A stretch of 63,703 bases of DNA, filler included, from Octopus bimaculoides (GCF_001194135.2; 7 parts of 6 records of this genome joined end to end with filler, not necessarily neighbours in it); one strand, 5' to 3'; positions 50,920-62,790 are shown, numbered from the whole stretch's first letter. Numbers and translations are program-made. Notes: generated by a model not told the origin, from the sequence alone.

Positions 50920-50973
50920 ATATTTGTCCTCATCTTGTTTGTTGTTAACAACAAACAAGATGAGGACAAATAT
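50920..50973. repeat. Perfect 54-bp palindrome of a PLE terminal sequence
   Basis: ATATTTGTCCTCATCTTGTTTGTTGTT|AACAACAAACAAGATGAGGACAAATAT; the arm matches about 32360-32386. Confidence 0.95.
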
Positions 50974-51155
50974 CCGTCAAATGTAAATAATGTACATAAT
51001 TCCCCATCTCTTAAATATAGAACTGTATAATTAACCAGTTGACTAATAATACTAAAAAGAAGTGAAATAGAACCAGTGCATGTGTTTATTATTGGCATAC
51101 TGATCCTCCCATGATACAACATAATACTGTGTATGATATGAATAAAAATGACTTA

Positions 51156-51320
<165 letters not shown>

Positions 51321-51358
51321 TTATGCAAAAACATGCCTGGTGAGAGAAACAAAAATAT

Positions 51359-51660
51359 CATCATCATCATCATCATCGTTTAATGTCTGTTTTCCATGCT
51401 GGCATGGGTTGGGTGGTGTGACTGAGGACTGGCAAGCCAGGAGGCTTCATCAGGCTCCAATCTGATCTGGCAAGGTTTCTACAGCTGGATGCCCTTCCTA
51501 ACACCAACCACTCCAAGAGTGTAGTGGGTGCTTTTTACATGCCACCGTTACAGGAGCCAGTCAGGCGGGCCTGGCATCGACCACATTCGGATTAGTGCTT
51601 TTTACACAGGGGCAAGTCAGGAGGCACTGGCCACAGCTACAATATTGGTTTTTACTTGAC
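51359..51660 (-). mobile_element. RTE-type tail element
   Basis: (CAT)n-CGTTTAATGTCTGTTTTCCATGCTGGCATGGG...CAGCTGGATGCCCTTCCTAAC. Confidence 0.75.
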
Positions 51661-51967
51661 TCAACAGCTCTAAACTTCCAGACTCTTGTAATCATTCATA
51701 ATCTACTAAACTTCAGCATTTATCCTATCCTAAATGAGCCTCAGTTCAAATCCAGTTTATTGATTCGGTTACACTGAAGTTACTCAGAGAGATGTCTTTT
51801 ATAGGGTACCAACACAGGTGCTTTGCAAAATTTTTTTGCTGTAATCTAAAAGAAATAATCAAAGAATTCTATGATGTACTAAATTAGTAACTTGTCTAAT
51901 TCTAAATAATTAACAGAAAAAAAGCAAAAAAAAAAAAAAAAAAAAAAAAAAGGGTAAAAATCCTGAC

Positions 51968-52102
51968 CTTGCATAATTTGTTTCTGTGACACCTGAGATG
52001 ATCTTCCGGGTGAATTATTACAAGGCTTATTATCATGGTCGTGGCTGTGATGATGATTGTGTTCATGATGATGATTGTGTTCATGGCTGGGAACTTCTAA
52101 AC
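51968..52102 (-). CDS. SLC30A7: Zinc transporter 7, His-rich loop exon
   Basis: ttttag|(G)LEVPSHEHNHHHEHNHHHSHDHDNKPCNNSPGRSSQVSQKQIMQ(G)|gtcagg; 135 nt, phase 1 to 1. Confidence 0.88.
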
Positions 52103-53304
52103 CTAAAACAAAATGATTGCACAATTCATTAATACAAACGACTAAACAGAAATTAGTAAATAACATCATTGGTCAAAGTACATATCGTACGGAACTGCTA
52201 ACGGACATTTGGCTGAAGAATTTCTGCAAAATCAGGGGTTTTCATTCTTTTATTTGTTTCAGTCATTTGACTGTGGCCATGCTGGAGCACCACCATTAGT
52301 TGAACAAATCGATCCCAGGACTTATTCTTTGGAAGCCTAGTACTTATTCTATCAGTCTCTTTTGCTGAACCATTAAGTTACAGGGACGTAAACGCACCAA
52401 CATCGGTTATCAAACGATGGGGGGGGGGGGCTAAATTACAGCAACATTCGTCCTAAACTAGGACTGCCATGTTATGTTGGCAAACAACCTTTACTCCAAA
52501 CAATTTTTTAAATAAAATGTCACTGTTTACAATATTAAAAGACTACTTACCAAATCCATGACTATGTGTGTGTCCATGAGATTGTCCATGAGAATGTCCA
52601 TGGTCTAAATAAAAGTATGAAGAAGAAATTAAATACTGGTTTCAAATGTTGGCACAAGGCCAGCAATTCTGGGGGAGGGGAAAAGTCGATTACATTGACC
52701 TCAGTACTCGTTTGGTCCTTACTGTATTGACCCCCTAAAGGATGAAAGGCAAAGTCAACCTCGGCAGAATCTCATCTCAGAAGAGAGTAAAATTAAATGT
52801 TAAAATAATGTGTATTTAAAATGGGAAATTATATAAATGCCATCATATAATGGTGAGGTGGTTGGTGAATTGGGCAGAGACAATGCAGGGTCTGAGAGGA
52901 TTCTTTAGACTTGCCAAAGACAAGACAACTTGTTGAGGGTTGGTAAAGGGGTTGATGTGAGGAAAGGCATCCAGACACAGAAACGAATCGTAAAATGAGA
53001 TACTGGAGGAAGACAGAGGTGTTCCCATCTATCGGTTCAGCATGGGATGTGGGTATGATGACAATGTTGGAGATGGTGAAGAAGACGATGGTGCTGATGG
53101 AAATGATGATGGTGGAAGATGATAATGACAATAGCAGTGGTAAATGATGATGATGTGGTTATGATGGTGGTAGTGATAATGATGATGGTGGTGGTGGTTT
53201 TGATGATGTAAAGCAAGAGAAAATGAAAAGAATAAATGCATAGGAAGAAGAAAATTAATAAAGTAAAAATTGAAAATACAGAAAAAAATCCCTGTCTAGC
53301 TTAC

Positions 53305-53422
53305 CTCCTCCATGGGCGTGGCCATGTTGGAAAGCAAAAATTCCAATCAAGTTGACAAGAAATCCTAATACAGATACAACAAACAACCGCTCATGCTTCA
53401 CTTCGGGAGGCTCCACCGCTCT
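53305..53422 (-). CDS. SLC30A7: Zinc transporter 7, first visible exon (internal)
   Basis: ag|RAVEPPEVKHERLFVVSVLGFLVNLIGIFAFQHGHAHGG(G)|gtaagc; 118 nt, phase 0 to 1; close to human RALAPPDVHHERLLLVSILGFVVNLIGIFVF. Upstream exons not found in the visible sequence. Confidence 0.93.
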
Positions 53423-53524
53423 CTACAATATGATACAAAGTCATTTTGTTACAGGGGTAAATGGAAGCTAATACTCTAGAAATCGTCCAAAGCTAGGACT
53501 AGTTCTAAAAAAAAAAAAAAGGGA

Positions 53525-53748
53525 TTAACCCTTAAGCCTTCTGATTATTCTGTCAAATGTAATCCTTGTTTATTCACATTGGTTTGAGCTGATCATTTAC
53601 CAGCTAATAACCTTGGGATTTCAATGATAGTGTTTGCTTTTAGAACGGCATTGTGCGGTAGGTGTGATAGGCCAGATCAGGTCAGTTTGAACATAAAACG
53701 GAGAATATTTGGGCCTGATATGGCCTTTTTAAATGCTAAAGGGGTTAG
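53525..53748. mobile_element. Second piggyBac-like MITE
   Basis: TTAA-CCCTTAAGC ... GCTAAAGGG(G)-TTAG; imperfect TIR and target duplication. Confidence 0.6.
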
Positions 53749-53817
53749 GCTAATATTACCATAAATACCTGCCAATGTCTGTAAACTAATGACAAGATAC
53801 TTTCTCAGGGGCAGAGT

Positions 53818-54066
53818 TCATCATCATCATCATCATCGTTTAACGTCCGCTTTCCATGCTAGCATGGGTTGGACGATTTGACTGAGGACTGGTGAAACCG
53901 GATGGCAACACCAGGCTCCAGTCTGATTTGGCAGAGTTTCTACAGCTGGATGCCCTTCCTAACGCCAACCACTCAGAGAGTGTAGTGGGTGCTTTTACGT
54001 GTCACCCGCACGAAAACGGCCACGCTCGAAATGGTGTCTTTTATGTGCCACCCGCACAAGCCAGTC
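53818..54066 (-). mobile_element. RTE-type tail element, low divergence, cut by contig end
   Basis: (CAT)5-CGTTTAACGTCCGCTTTCCATGCTAGCATGGGTTGG...GGATGCCCTTCCTAACGCCAACCAC. Confidence 0.8.
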
Positions 54067-54110
54067 NNNNNNNNNNNNNNNNNNNNNNNNNNNNNNNNNN
54101 NNNNNNNNNN

Positions 54111-54122
54111 TTAATTAATTAA
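54111..54122. other. Artificial contig linker; limits the visible SLC30A7 locus
   Basis: 44 N on each side. Confidence 0.95.
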
Positions 54123-55106
54123 NNNNNNNNNNNNNNNNNNNNNNNNNNNNNNNNNNNNNNNNNNNNATTAATTAATATCGATTAATTATCAAGAGGCCAG
54201 CACATGTAAAGAATCAAAGAGATTCAGAAATATTATCTGCAATCTCAGGGGATTAAGGTACATTTAAAAAAAATAACGTCAACCACTAACGTGGACAATT
54301 AATGCGCTAGAAATAGATCACATCTTGTGTCTATTAAGACCTAAAATGTTCTCAACATGAAATATAGCAGCATACCAAAAACGCGAGCGGGCAAGACATT
54401 TAAAATTACCTAAAAAAGCATTATTAAACAGGAACTAGTTTCGGATTTAACAAATTCTTACCATTTGTCTATTCCTCATCAGCCTGATTTGTAATTTAAC
54501 CGTAATCATCAGAATCGTATACAGAGTTGCCCACCGCCATGGGTGTGTGTGCATTATATATATAAGCTTGCCGTTAAATAGACTCAACCAAAAGTGCTCA
54601 CAGGTTGTCAGGTGATAGTGTTCAAACGAGAAACGAAGGCAAGACATAAGCATTCCTATATAAAAAGGTGACAGTGGCCATGATGTCTTTAGACTAGAGT
54701 CGACATTGTAGGGCAAACATTGGGAAATGTTACAGATTGGACGTCGTCGCTTAGTTACAGGAATATAAAGGGCCCCTTAAATCAGTTGAAAGAAGGTGTA
54801 GGTGAGGGGTGATGTAGTAGAGTTGTTTTAACTGTGGAAAGAGAATACCTGGACATGTTTGTTCCGGTTTTCAGCTTTCCAATTTCGAATTGCCTCGAGA
54901 TCAGCTTTGCTTTTAATTCTTAGGGGGTCGACCTCCGCAGTTCAATAAAAAGAGAGACCGATAGAATAAGAGGTTGGGTTTTGAAAATAGCTAAATACTG
55001 GGGTATAAAACCCTTGAAAGCAGTGCCCCAACATGACCGTGAGTCTAAGGAATGAAACAGGTAATAGATAAAAGATACCTATTGTCTTCGATTTGTTCGA
55101 TTAATC

Positions 55107-55747
55107 CAATGGTTCTCAAACATTTGTTTTACCTGTGGACCTCTTTGATCCCTATTTCACCTAGTTAGACCCTCATAGTCATCAGGTGTTTAAAAAAGTC
55201 CTATTATATTTTGTTGTGTCTGAAAAGAGCTATTCTGTCGTAATGACTTATTAATTAACAGACTCACCTGTTCAGTTCCTTATTTATTTATTTATTTATT
55301 CTTAAATTTTCGTTGCTTCTTGCAACCTCTTCCATAGTTGTTGACTCTCTATTAATAAATAAATGCGCCCGTTTTTAAAGCTTAGCCCGGTTTCCCGGTT
55401 TCATTTGCGTATGTGTTCCCCAGCTGGACGGGACGCCAGTCCATCGAAGCGTTACTCATTTTTGCCAGCTGAGTGGACTGGAGCAACATGAAATGAAGTG
55501 TTTTGCTCAAGAACTCAACACGTCGCCCGGTTCGGGAATCGAAACCACAATCTTACGATCATGGTGCTGACATCCTAACCACTAGGTCACGTGCCTCCAC
55601 TGACTCTCTATTATGTTTTCATAATTAAATATTATTAGGAAGTGTATAAAAATTGTTAAAATATTTTGCGTATGTATAACTAACTAATTACACATAAATT
55701 TCGTATGGACCCACAAGGGTGATATGAACCCTAGCTGACAACCACTG
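55107..55747. mobile_element. hAT-type MITE containing a SINE
   Basis: Ends CAATGGTTCTCA / TGACAACCACTG; 8-bp flanks GATTAATC and TACTAATC (6/8). Confidence 0.65.
55355..55600 (-). mobile_element. SINE family C, full length with 13-bp target-site duplication
   Basis: TGACTCTCTATTA at 55342-55354 and 55601-55613; tRNA head and (TTTA) tail. Confidence 0.92.
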
Positions 55748-56542
55748 TACTAATCCCTTCGAGGTGGTGCCTCACCTTGGCCGCAGTTCAAAGACTGAAA
55801 CACGCAAAAGACAGATGAAAGCTAAATGTTACTCGTTGTAAAATAACTTCCGACCAACAATTCGCCATAAGGAGTGGCAATATTTCAAACAATGAAATTC
55901 AAGTCACAATTTTGCATAGCACACACCGTTGAAAATGAAATAAAATAAAATAAAATGACATAACGTAAAATCGTGACTAAATTCCATTTAGGAGAGTGAA
56001 AATATTCATATTTATGGTTTGGGTTTCAATTAAAACCGTGATATAAAGCAGGTGGATGTGTGAAAGGTTTCCACTTCACAGAGAAATTCACTACATTAAC
56101 TATTTACAATGTCAATTCACATTCGGGATTAATAAAGCTTGAGGTACAGAAATACTGAGATTAGAAAAAGAATTTTTACAGTTGTAGGCATTGTTGGTGG
56201 TGATAATAGTGTTGGGTTTTGTGGTGGTGCAGTCGGTGGTGATAGTGGTGGGAATGTAGCTGTTGTTGCAAGCTTAATTTTTTTTTCTGAGTGCGCTAGT
56301 TGTTGGTTTCCACTGTCAGGTCAGCTCTGACCCAGGAGTCCTGTAACAAAAGACATTCCAATAATGAGCAACCCGTCTTACTTTCAGATGTTGTATAACT
56401 AAGACTACATTTACTCATTCATGGCTTCCTTCACTTTTAAGAGTTTCGGTTGAGAGGGATTTTGGCTGCTATTTCTAACAGTTCGTTATTATGAAATAGT
56501 TGCATTGTTGACATGTCGATTGCGATGTATATAATAAAAGTT

Positions 56543-56617
<75 letters not shown>

Positions 56618-56646
56618 AATTTTCAAAGGCGAATAAGCATCGACAG

Positions 56647-56721
56647 CTAGCAAGCCAAGCTACTCCAGACTGATGAAGAGCAATGACTCTGAAACTAGTC
56701 TCTGGATGCTGGCTTTGCTGG
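56647..56721 (+). ncRNA. Minimal type I hammerhead ribozyme
   Basis: Stem I TCCAGA(56664-69)/TCTGGA(56701-06), extendable with bulges; core CTGATGA (56670-76); stem II AGAG-caatga-CTCT; GAAAC-TA-GTC with predicted cleavage after C56700. Confidence 0.85.
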
Positions 56722-58259
56722 GTGGAGGTGCTTATCTCCCCTGTTTGAAAACATAAGGATACAGAACGCTTGTGTCACATAGCCAACTGGAAAACGATGT
56801 TTCCTGGAGCTAAATAGCAGTAGCATTCTTCCCTTTTCATACTTTTTATCCTTTCTTTTCATGCCGCGGAGTCAAGAGGCACAGTTTGGTCAACGAATAT
56901 TTTAAAAGAAATCTAGGTGTAGCGGAAATGTGTAGCAAAAGATGTTGTTGATGTAGCAGATGTTGTCGACATCAAAGTAAAACAATGAGGAAGGTATCGG
57001 GTTGTGGTTTAAATAATTTATTTAATCGATACTTGCATTTACGTGTGGTATACACAAGGAAAGCCGCTACATGACATTACCAACTTGCTTCGAGTTGACG
57101 AAGTAAAATATGAACAGGGGATATACTGTGTCGATGTGATAAGGTAGAACCAGGCATGTTTTGTGTCTGTGTGAGCGTTGGTCATTCGGTCATGTCTGTT
57201 TATGTTCTGTGACCGCTACTGTGTTGGGTCGTTCATGCTGAATATGTGGATCTCGATTGTCTGCTATCACTTGAGTGTTTGCCTGTTGATGGCCATTTGA
57301 TTATTTGTCGTGTGTCTGACTGTATTTATAATGGTCATCCCAGCTAGAAGGACAGACATACCACAGGAGTAATTTCTACCTATGTAGGTCGCCTCCTGTC
57401 CACTTGAACCTTCAATGACACAGCTCAGATCGGAGGTCGAAGAAAAAGACATCCATCACTTTTTCACAATACAAAGAAATTTCTTTCGCGCCTGTTTGGC
57501 TAGTGGTGGATCAGACGAGCAAGAATCCTTAGATTCGGTTTCGAATCTCAGCTCAGAAAAAAAGAAGTGTTAGTTTTTACATAGGGATTGATAGAAGCAA
57601 ATTCAAATTTGATGTGTTATGATGCATGCTTTACATTTCAATACCAGCATCGCAAAGCATAAATGATGTTAACTATAATGATAACGCATAAAGGCGAGTC
57701 TGCTGATAAAATTGAAAGAAACTATGTTGGTGAATAGTAAATAATTAGAACAGGAACCTAGACAGCAACTTATCACCTATATATCTATATATATAAAGAG
57801 TATTTTAATTATTTCAGTAATTTTTGTTATAAAAATTCTGTCGAGAAAACGGGGAGGGAGAAATGAAATCTGCTAACTGGAGCACAAGCAACTCGCCAAA
57901 GCGAGTGGTAACTTCGAAAAAACATATAATAAAGTAACACAAGACAGTATATCTGACTCTTCAGTTCTGTCGAAGACAACGTCTATACTATCGTATGAAT
58001 GATGAGCTACGCGACGTACCCACAGTCAAACTGTGAATGACACTCCCAAGAATTTACAGCTTTATAAGTGATGCAAAAAAAAAAAAATAACAAAAATAAA
58101 ATAGCAAACAAGGAAAATACGTTGCTTGCACGACAGTAAAGATTAGCAGTTTTTTCTGTTGCTGTATGTCCCAGTTCATGAAGAACGTTGACAACTGAGG
58201 AGACCTTGAGAAAAACCCGCCTGACCCATGACAGTGTGGGAAATAGATGTAAAATGATA

Positions 58260-58281
58260 CTGTTATCATGATACTGTTGTC

Positions 58282-58328
<47 letters not shown>

Positions 58329-58372
58329 ACAGATAGATAGATAGAAAGATAAATAGACAGACAGATAGATAG
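58260..58372. repeat. (GATA)n/(GACA)n microsatellite, representative of many (TA)n, (CA)n, (GA)n, (AAT)n and (GAT)n tracts in the window
   Basis: Directly visible; most larger N gaps are bordered by such tracts. Confidence 0.9.
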
Positions 58373-58601
58373 GTTTCTTTATTAGCCACACAGGGCTCAA
58401 CACAGAGGGGACAAAATACAAATGTAGAGTTTTTCTTTTCGAGGGGGCCGAAAACAAAGCAGAAAAAAAACAAAAGTGGGGACAATGATGAAAAAAAACA
58501 TCGCAAAACGTTTGGGGTATTTACAAAAAATACGAAATAATACAAAAAATTCCCAATNNNNNNNNNNNNNNNNNNNNNNNNNNNNNNNNNNNNNNNNNNN
58601 N

Positions 58602-58613
58602 TTAATTAATTAA
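58602..58613. other. Artificial contig linker TTAATTAATTAA
   Basis: 44 N on each side. Confidence 0.95.
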
Positions 58614-58657
58614 NNNNNNNNNNNNNNNNNNNNNNNNNNNNNNNNNNNNNNNNNNNN

Positions 58658-59100
58658 GTACAGGTTTTGGACAAAATAATGGAAACACCTAGCATCATAA
58701 TTTTGAAATATCTATAAAACCGTCAAAAATTTGTTTATTTTTATGTGTTGTTGATTTATTATTAGTGTTGCTTGCTATGTTTTGCTAAAATTACTGTTTT
58801 TTTCAGATGTCATCGGAAAAAGATAGTTAAAATTCATTGAAATGACAGACCTATCAGACTTTGAGAAATGGGGAAAAACCTCCTCGTCGAAACAAGAAAA
58901 CCAAAATTTTCAGCTAGGGACCGTCGGACTCTTACGCAAATTGCTAGATCACAAAAGTACAGCTCCCCAAATTACTGTAGAGCTTAATGACCACCTCGAG
59001 AACCCAGTTTCCACAAAACTGTTCGCCAGGAGCAGCACAAAGCCGGATTGCACGGGAGGGCTGCAACCAGGAAACCACTACTTTCAAAAACAAACGTATA
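58658..59100 (+). mobile_element. Tc1 5' remnant with internal deletion
   Basis: TACAGGTTTTGGACAAAATAATGGAAACACC end; MTDLSDFE|..GKTSS; KSTAPQITVELNDHLENPVSTK/TVRQEQHKAGLHGRAATRKPLLSKTN. Confidence 0.8.
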
Positions 59101-60905
59101 TGCTTCAAATGTACAAGAAACAAAAGACAAAGACAGGTGAGGGAAGAAGCGGGTGTATCGGTTTTACGATTCGTGACACTCCGTCGGTTACGACGACGAG
59201 GGTTCCAGTTGATCCGATCAACGGAACAGCCTGCTCGTGAAATTAACTTGCAAGTGGCTGAGCCCGGTCTGGGAATCGAAACCGCGAGTCCGCTGCCAAA
59301 ACCACTGGGCCATCGCGCCTACACATACATACATATATATGTATGTATGTGTGTGTGTGCGTGTGTGTGTGTGATGACTGCTTGACAACCGGTTTATGCT
59401 CCCCGGTAATCTGGCGGTTCGGCACAGTTAATCGATGGAATAAGTAGCAAGTTAGAAAAATAAGTTCGACTAAAAGTCTTCATGGCGGTGCCCAGGCATG
59501 GCCGCTATCTAATGAGCGAAACAGATAAAAAATTAAAACAATTTATGGTTAATGTTTGCATGAACCAAATGGGTGAATCAAAGTAAACATTAACAAAATG
59601 AATTGTTGGACTATTATCTTCATTGTTGTCTANNNNNNNNNNNNNNNNNNNNNNNNNNNNNNNNNNNNNNNNNNNNNNNNNNNNNNNNNNNNNNNNNNNN
59701 NNNNNNNNNNNNNNNNNNNNNNNNNNNNNNNNNNNNNNNNNNNNNNNNNNNNNNNNNNNNNNNNNNNNNNNNNNNNNNNNNNNNNNNNNNNNNNNNNNNN
59801 NNNNNNNNNNNNNNNNNNNNNNNNNNNNNNNNNNNNNNNNNNNNNNNNNGAAAATCACCTGATTGGTTAATGAATAGTCATTGAAATTTAAATAATGATT
59901 ATTCCCGTAATAAAAATAGCACATCAACCATCTGTTAAACCCGTCTAGTGACTTCTTTCCCAGCCCTACTCTAAATCATGGGAGATAATTCTAACTTACC
60001 CTTTACCCTTCCCGGTGTAAAATCGCCAAACCGATAATTGGAAGTATATTTCATATTTAACTCACTGAAACTTTTACAATTCTTTTCAGCTTCTAGAATT
60101 TTCTGAAAATAACCAGTAGAATATTTTCGAAATTTCTATACTGATGTAGTTTTGCATGTTGATATCCAAGTTCACATTTTCTCAGCATGCAAAACTACAT
60201 CAAAACTAAATTTTTAAAAAATAATCTAGTGAACATTTGAAATACTTCAAGTGGTTGAAAAAGAATTAATAAGATCCCACTCGAGGGTTAACCAGGGTCC
60301 ATATATGATTTCTGGGTGTCCACACAACAAAATAATATAATAATATTTTGAGAATCCCTGAAAAAAGTTTTGCTTAGATGTATGTATTGCAAGAAACTGC
60401 TGGGTTTCTTTCTCTAACATTTTACAGAGTTCAACCTACGCAAGTTAATGTTTGATAAACAGAATAGGATTTTGAAAGAAACATCTACATATATAATTTT
60501 TAAACATGGAATGGCTATGGGTATCCACCAGAATAAAATAGTAATCAAAGGGGTTCATAGGCACAAAATGGTTAGGAATCCCTAATGTACAACAATAAAA
60601 ACAAATACGACGAGAACGAGAATAAAAACAAAACGCGATATATGATTATACATTTTTGAGGATATAATTTAAAATCAAATGGCCTAAGATTTAATTAATT
60701 AACCGCGAGAACCTACCGTCTACCACCTAGGGGCAACCTGTAATCGATTTTATCGTACTTCTCGGTAAAGTGATTACGATTTCAATATACCGGTGGGTGA
60801 AAATAGCAGAGGTAATCTCAAATCGTTACACCGGTGGCCGGCTTTCCTTTTCTGGTGTTGTTTCTGATGCAATTAATTAACATCGATTCTTAATTGAAGA
60901 CAACA

Positions 60906-61409
60906 ATGAAGATAATTGTCCAACGTGTGGCAAAGGCCAGTGTATCCGTAAACAATGAACTGATCAGCTCAATAGGAAAGGGCCTCTGCTTACTCGTTGG
61001 AATCGGACGTTATGATACGATGAAAGAAATGGAATTTATGGTAAGGAAAGTGTTGAATCTGCGAGTATTCGAAGACGACAACGGTAAGCGGTGGAACAAA
61101 AGCGTGAAGGACCGTCAACTTGAAATACTCTGTGTCAGTCAGTTCACGCTGATGTGCTCCCTTAAAGGTAACAAACCGGACTATCACGATTCCATGGGGC
61201 CGGATTTATCGCAGGAATTTTACAACAATTTCTTATCGAAACTCCGAGAAGCGTACGATGCTGATAAAGTGAAAGACGGTCGGTTTGGTGCTTACATGAG
61301 TGTTAATATCGAAAACGACGGACCCGTTACGATTCCTTTGGAAATTACACCAAGCCGTCCAAAATCTCCGCAGGAGAAAGAACCGGAATTGGCGAACAAA
61401 ATAGATTAG
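60906..61409 (+). CDS. DTD1: D-aminoacyl-tRNA deacylase 1 (D-tyrosyl-tRNA deacylase), 167 aa, single coding exon
   Basis: MKIIVQRV start (ACAATG, A at -3; the track's TTG start at 60894 is unlikely); SQFTL (78-82), KGNKPD and NDGPVT with the Gly-cisPro motif G139-P140; uninterrupted frame. Confidence 0.96.
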   Translation: MKIIVQRVAKASVSVNNELISSIGKGLCLLVGIGRYDTMKEMEFMVRKVLNLRVFEDDNGKRWNKSVKDRQLEILCVSQFTLMCSLKGNKPDYHDSMGPDLSQEFYNNFLSKLREAYDADKVKDGRFGAYMSVNIENDGPVTIPLEITPSRPKSPQEKEPELANKID

Positions 61410-61776
61410 AAACTGTAAATAGAAAAAAAAAAAGAAAAAAAAAGGACAAGTTGCGGTGCCGTGTTTATCTGAAAGTATGACATTTTTGTTTTGTAATATA
61501 TTTATTTTTCATATTCTTCGTATTTATTGTTGTTTATTATTGTTGTCACTCGAAATAAGATTACCGAAATAGCAGCCAAATCTCTCTAAAAGCATACTTA
61601 TTATAAATCAAAACAAAACACGTTGTAAATACAGTGACAGAAGATAGTCACGGCTGGACAAAATGCTTGGCAGCATTTCTTTCGGCTTTCGTTTCTGAGT
61701 TCGAAATGCCGTCGAGGTCGACTTTACCTTTGNNNNNNNNNNNNNNNNNNNNNNNNNNNNNNNNNNNNNNNNNNNN

Positions 61777-61788
61777 TTAATTAATTAA
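61777..61788. other. Artificial contig linker TTAATTAATTAA
   Basis: 44 N on each side. Confidence 0.95.
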
Positions 61789-62439
61789 NNNNNNNNNNNN
61801 NNNNNNNNNNNNNNNNNNNNNNNNNNNNNNNNCATGAGCATGGACGTGTCAAGCAGTGTCTCCAACATTCCAACTCTGGAGACAGTCTCTTTACGTGTCT
61901 AGCTGTCACTCTCCATCTTTCGGACTTACACTCGACAGCTCGCTTACATCTACATAACAACGTCCCAACAACTATGCTCACACACACAGAAGCTGTAACA
62001 ACAAGAGCTAAAGATGTATATATTTACCACCTGAATAAATGTTGTTTAAGTTGATAGTCTGGAGTTCAGCGTTCCGTTATATTTCTTAATTTTATATAGG
62101 AAAGTCAGGTATACATCTAATGATGTATAACCAACTTTCCTATAGAAGTTTCATCCGAATCAGCCTGTAATAAACATACCATTCAACAACACTGGAGTTT
62201 ATTATCAGCAAGGTATTCAGAGAATGCAGATTAACAGAAAATGAGTGACGTACAATGATGGAAAAAAGACTTTGTATTGTGCAACTCGTTCAAAGGAGCC
62301 TGTCTCCAATTCGTCGCCATTCTCCTTGGTTCGCACGGTCGTTCTTTACACTATCATTTGTTTCAAGTTATAAACAATTGAAAAAAGGACTGTTATGTGA
62401 TATTGATATGCCAGTGCTAACGAATCACACTATCTAGAT

Positions 62440-62790
62440 TTAGAATCAGATGGAGAAGAGGATGAAGTTGCAAAATCATGTAGAAATTGTATGGCGTGTG
62501 CATTTAAATTGTTGTCAGAGTACAGATTCTTCGTAACGGTATATGAAAATGTGTACCTAGCATGTAAATTTATTGTAACTTTAAGCATCACACAACGCAC
62601 ATGTAAAAGGTGTTTTTCAAAGTTAAAACTTTTAAAAACTAGACTGAGATCTACAAAATATCCTTGAATCTCTCATGCTCATTGCTGTACAAAAAGAAAT
62701 TGTAATTAGAATTAAATCAAACAAAGACAAAGTTATTGACGAAATTGCGAAAACTTCGGCTGAACTGAGTTCGTTGTTACTACTGTAATT
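62440..62790 (+). mobile_element. hAT transposase C-terminal dimerisation domain remnant
   Basis: YENVYLACKFIVTLSITQRTCKRCFSKLKLLKTRLRST / LESLMLIAVQKEI...DKVIDEIAK matches CERxFSxLKxxKxxLRST. Confidence 0.8.

Noticed and set aside
53029-53241. His-rich ORF as an extra ZnT7 loop exon
   Set aside because: It is the (GAT/GGT)n tail of an RTE-type repeat read on the other strand; no acceptor AG precedes the His run, and read-through from the upstream exon hits a stop.
55150-55192. Minus-strand CTGATGA...GAAA inside the hAT MITE
   Set aside because: No stem II adjacent to the core and no NUH/stem I; chance match.
56860-57540. Possible piggyBac transposase remnant (Cys/His-spaced segment on the minus strand)
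   Set aside because: Similarity too weak and fragmented to call by eye; needs tBLASTn.
59990-60060. Strong minus-strand donor (GG|GTAAGT) as SLC30A7 exon 1, with a promoter shared with DTD1
   Set aside because: No frame resembles the ZnT7 N-terminus, and two artificial linkers separate it from the gene.
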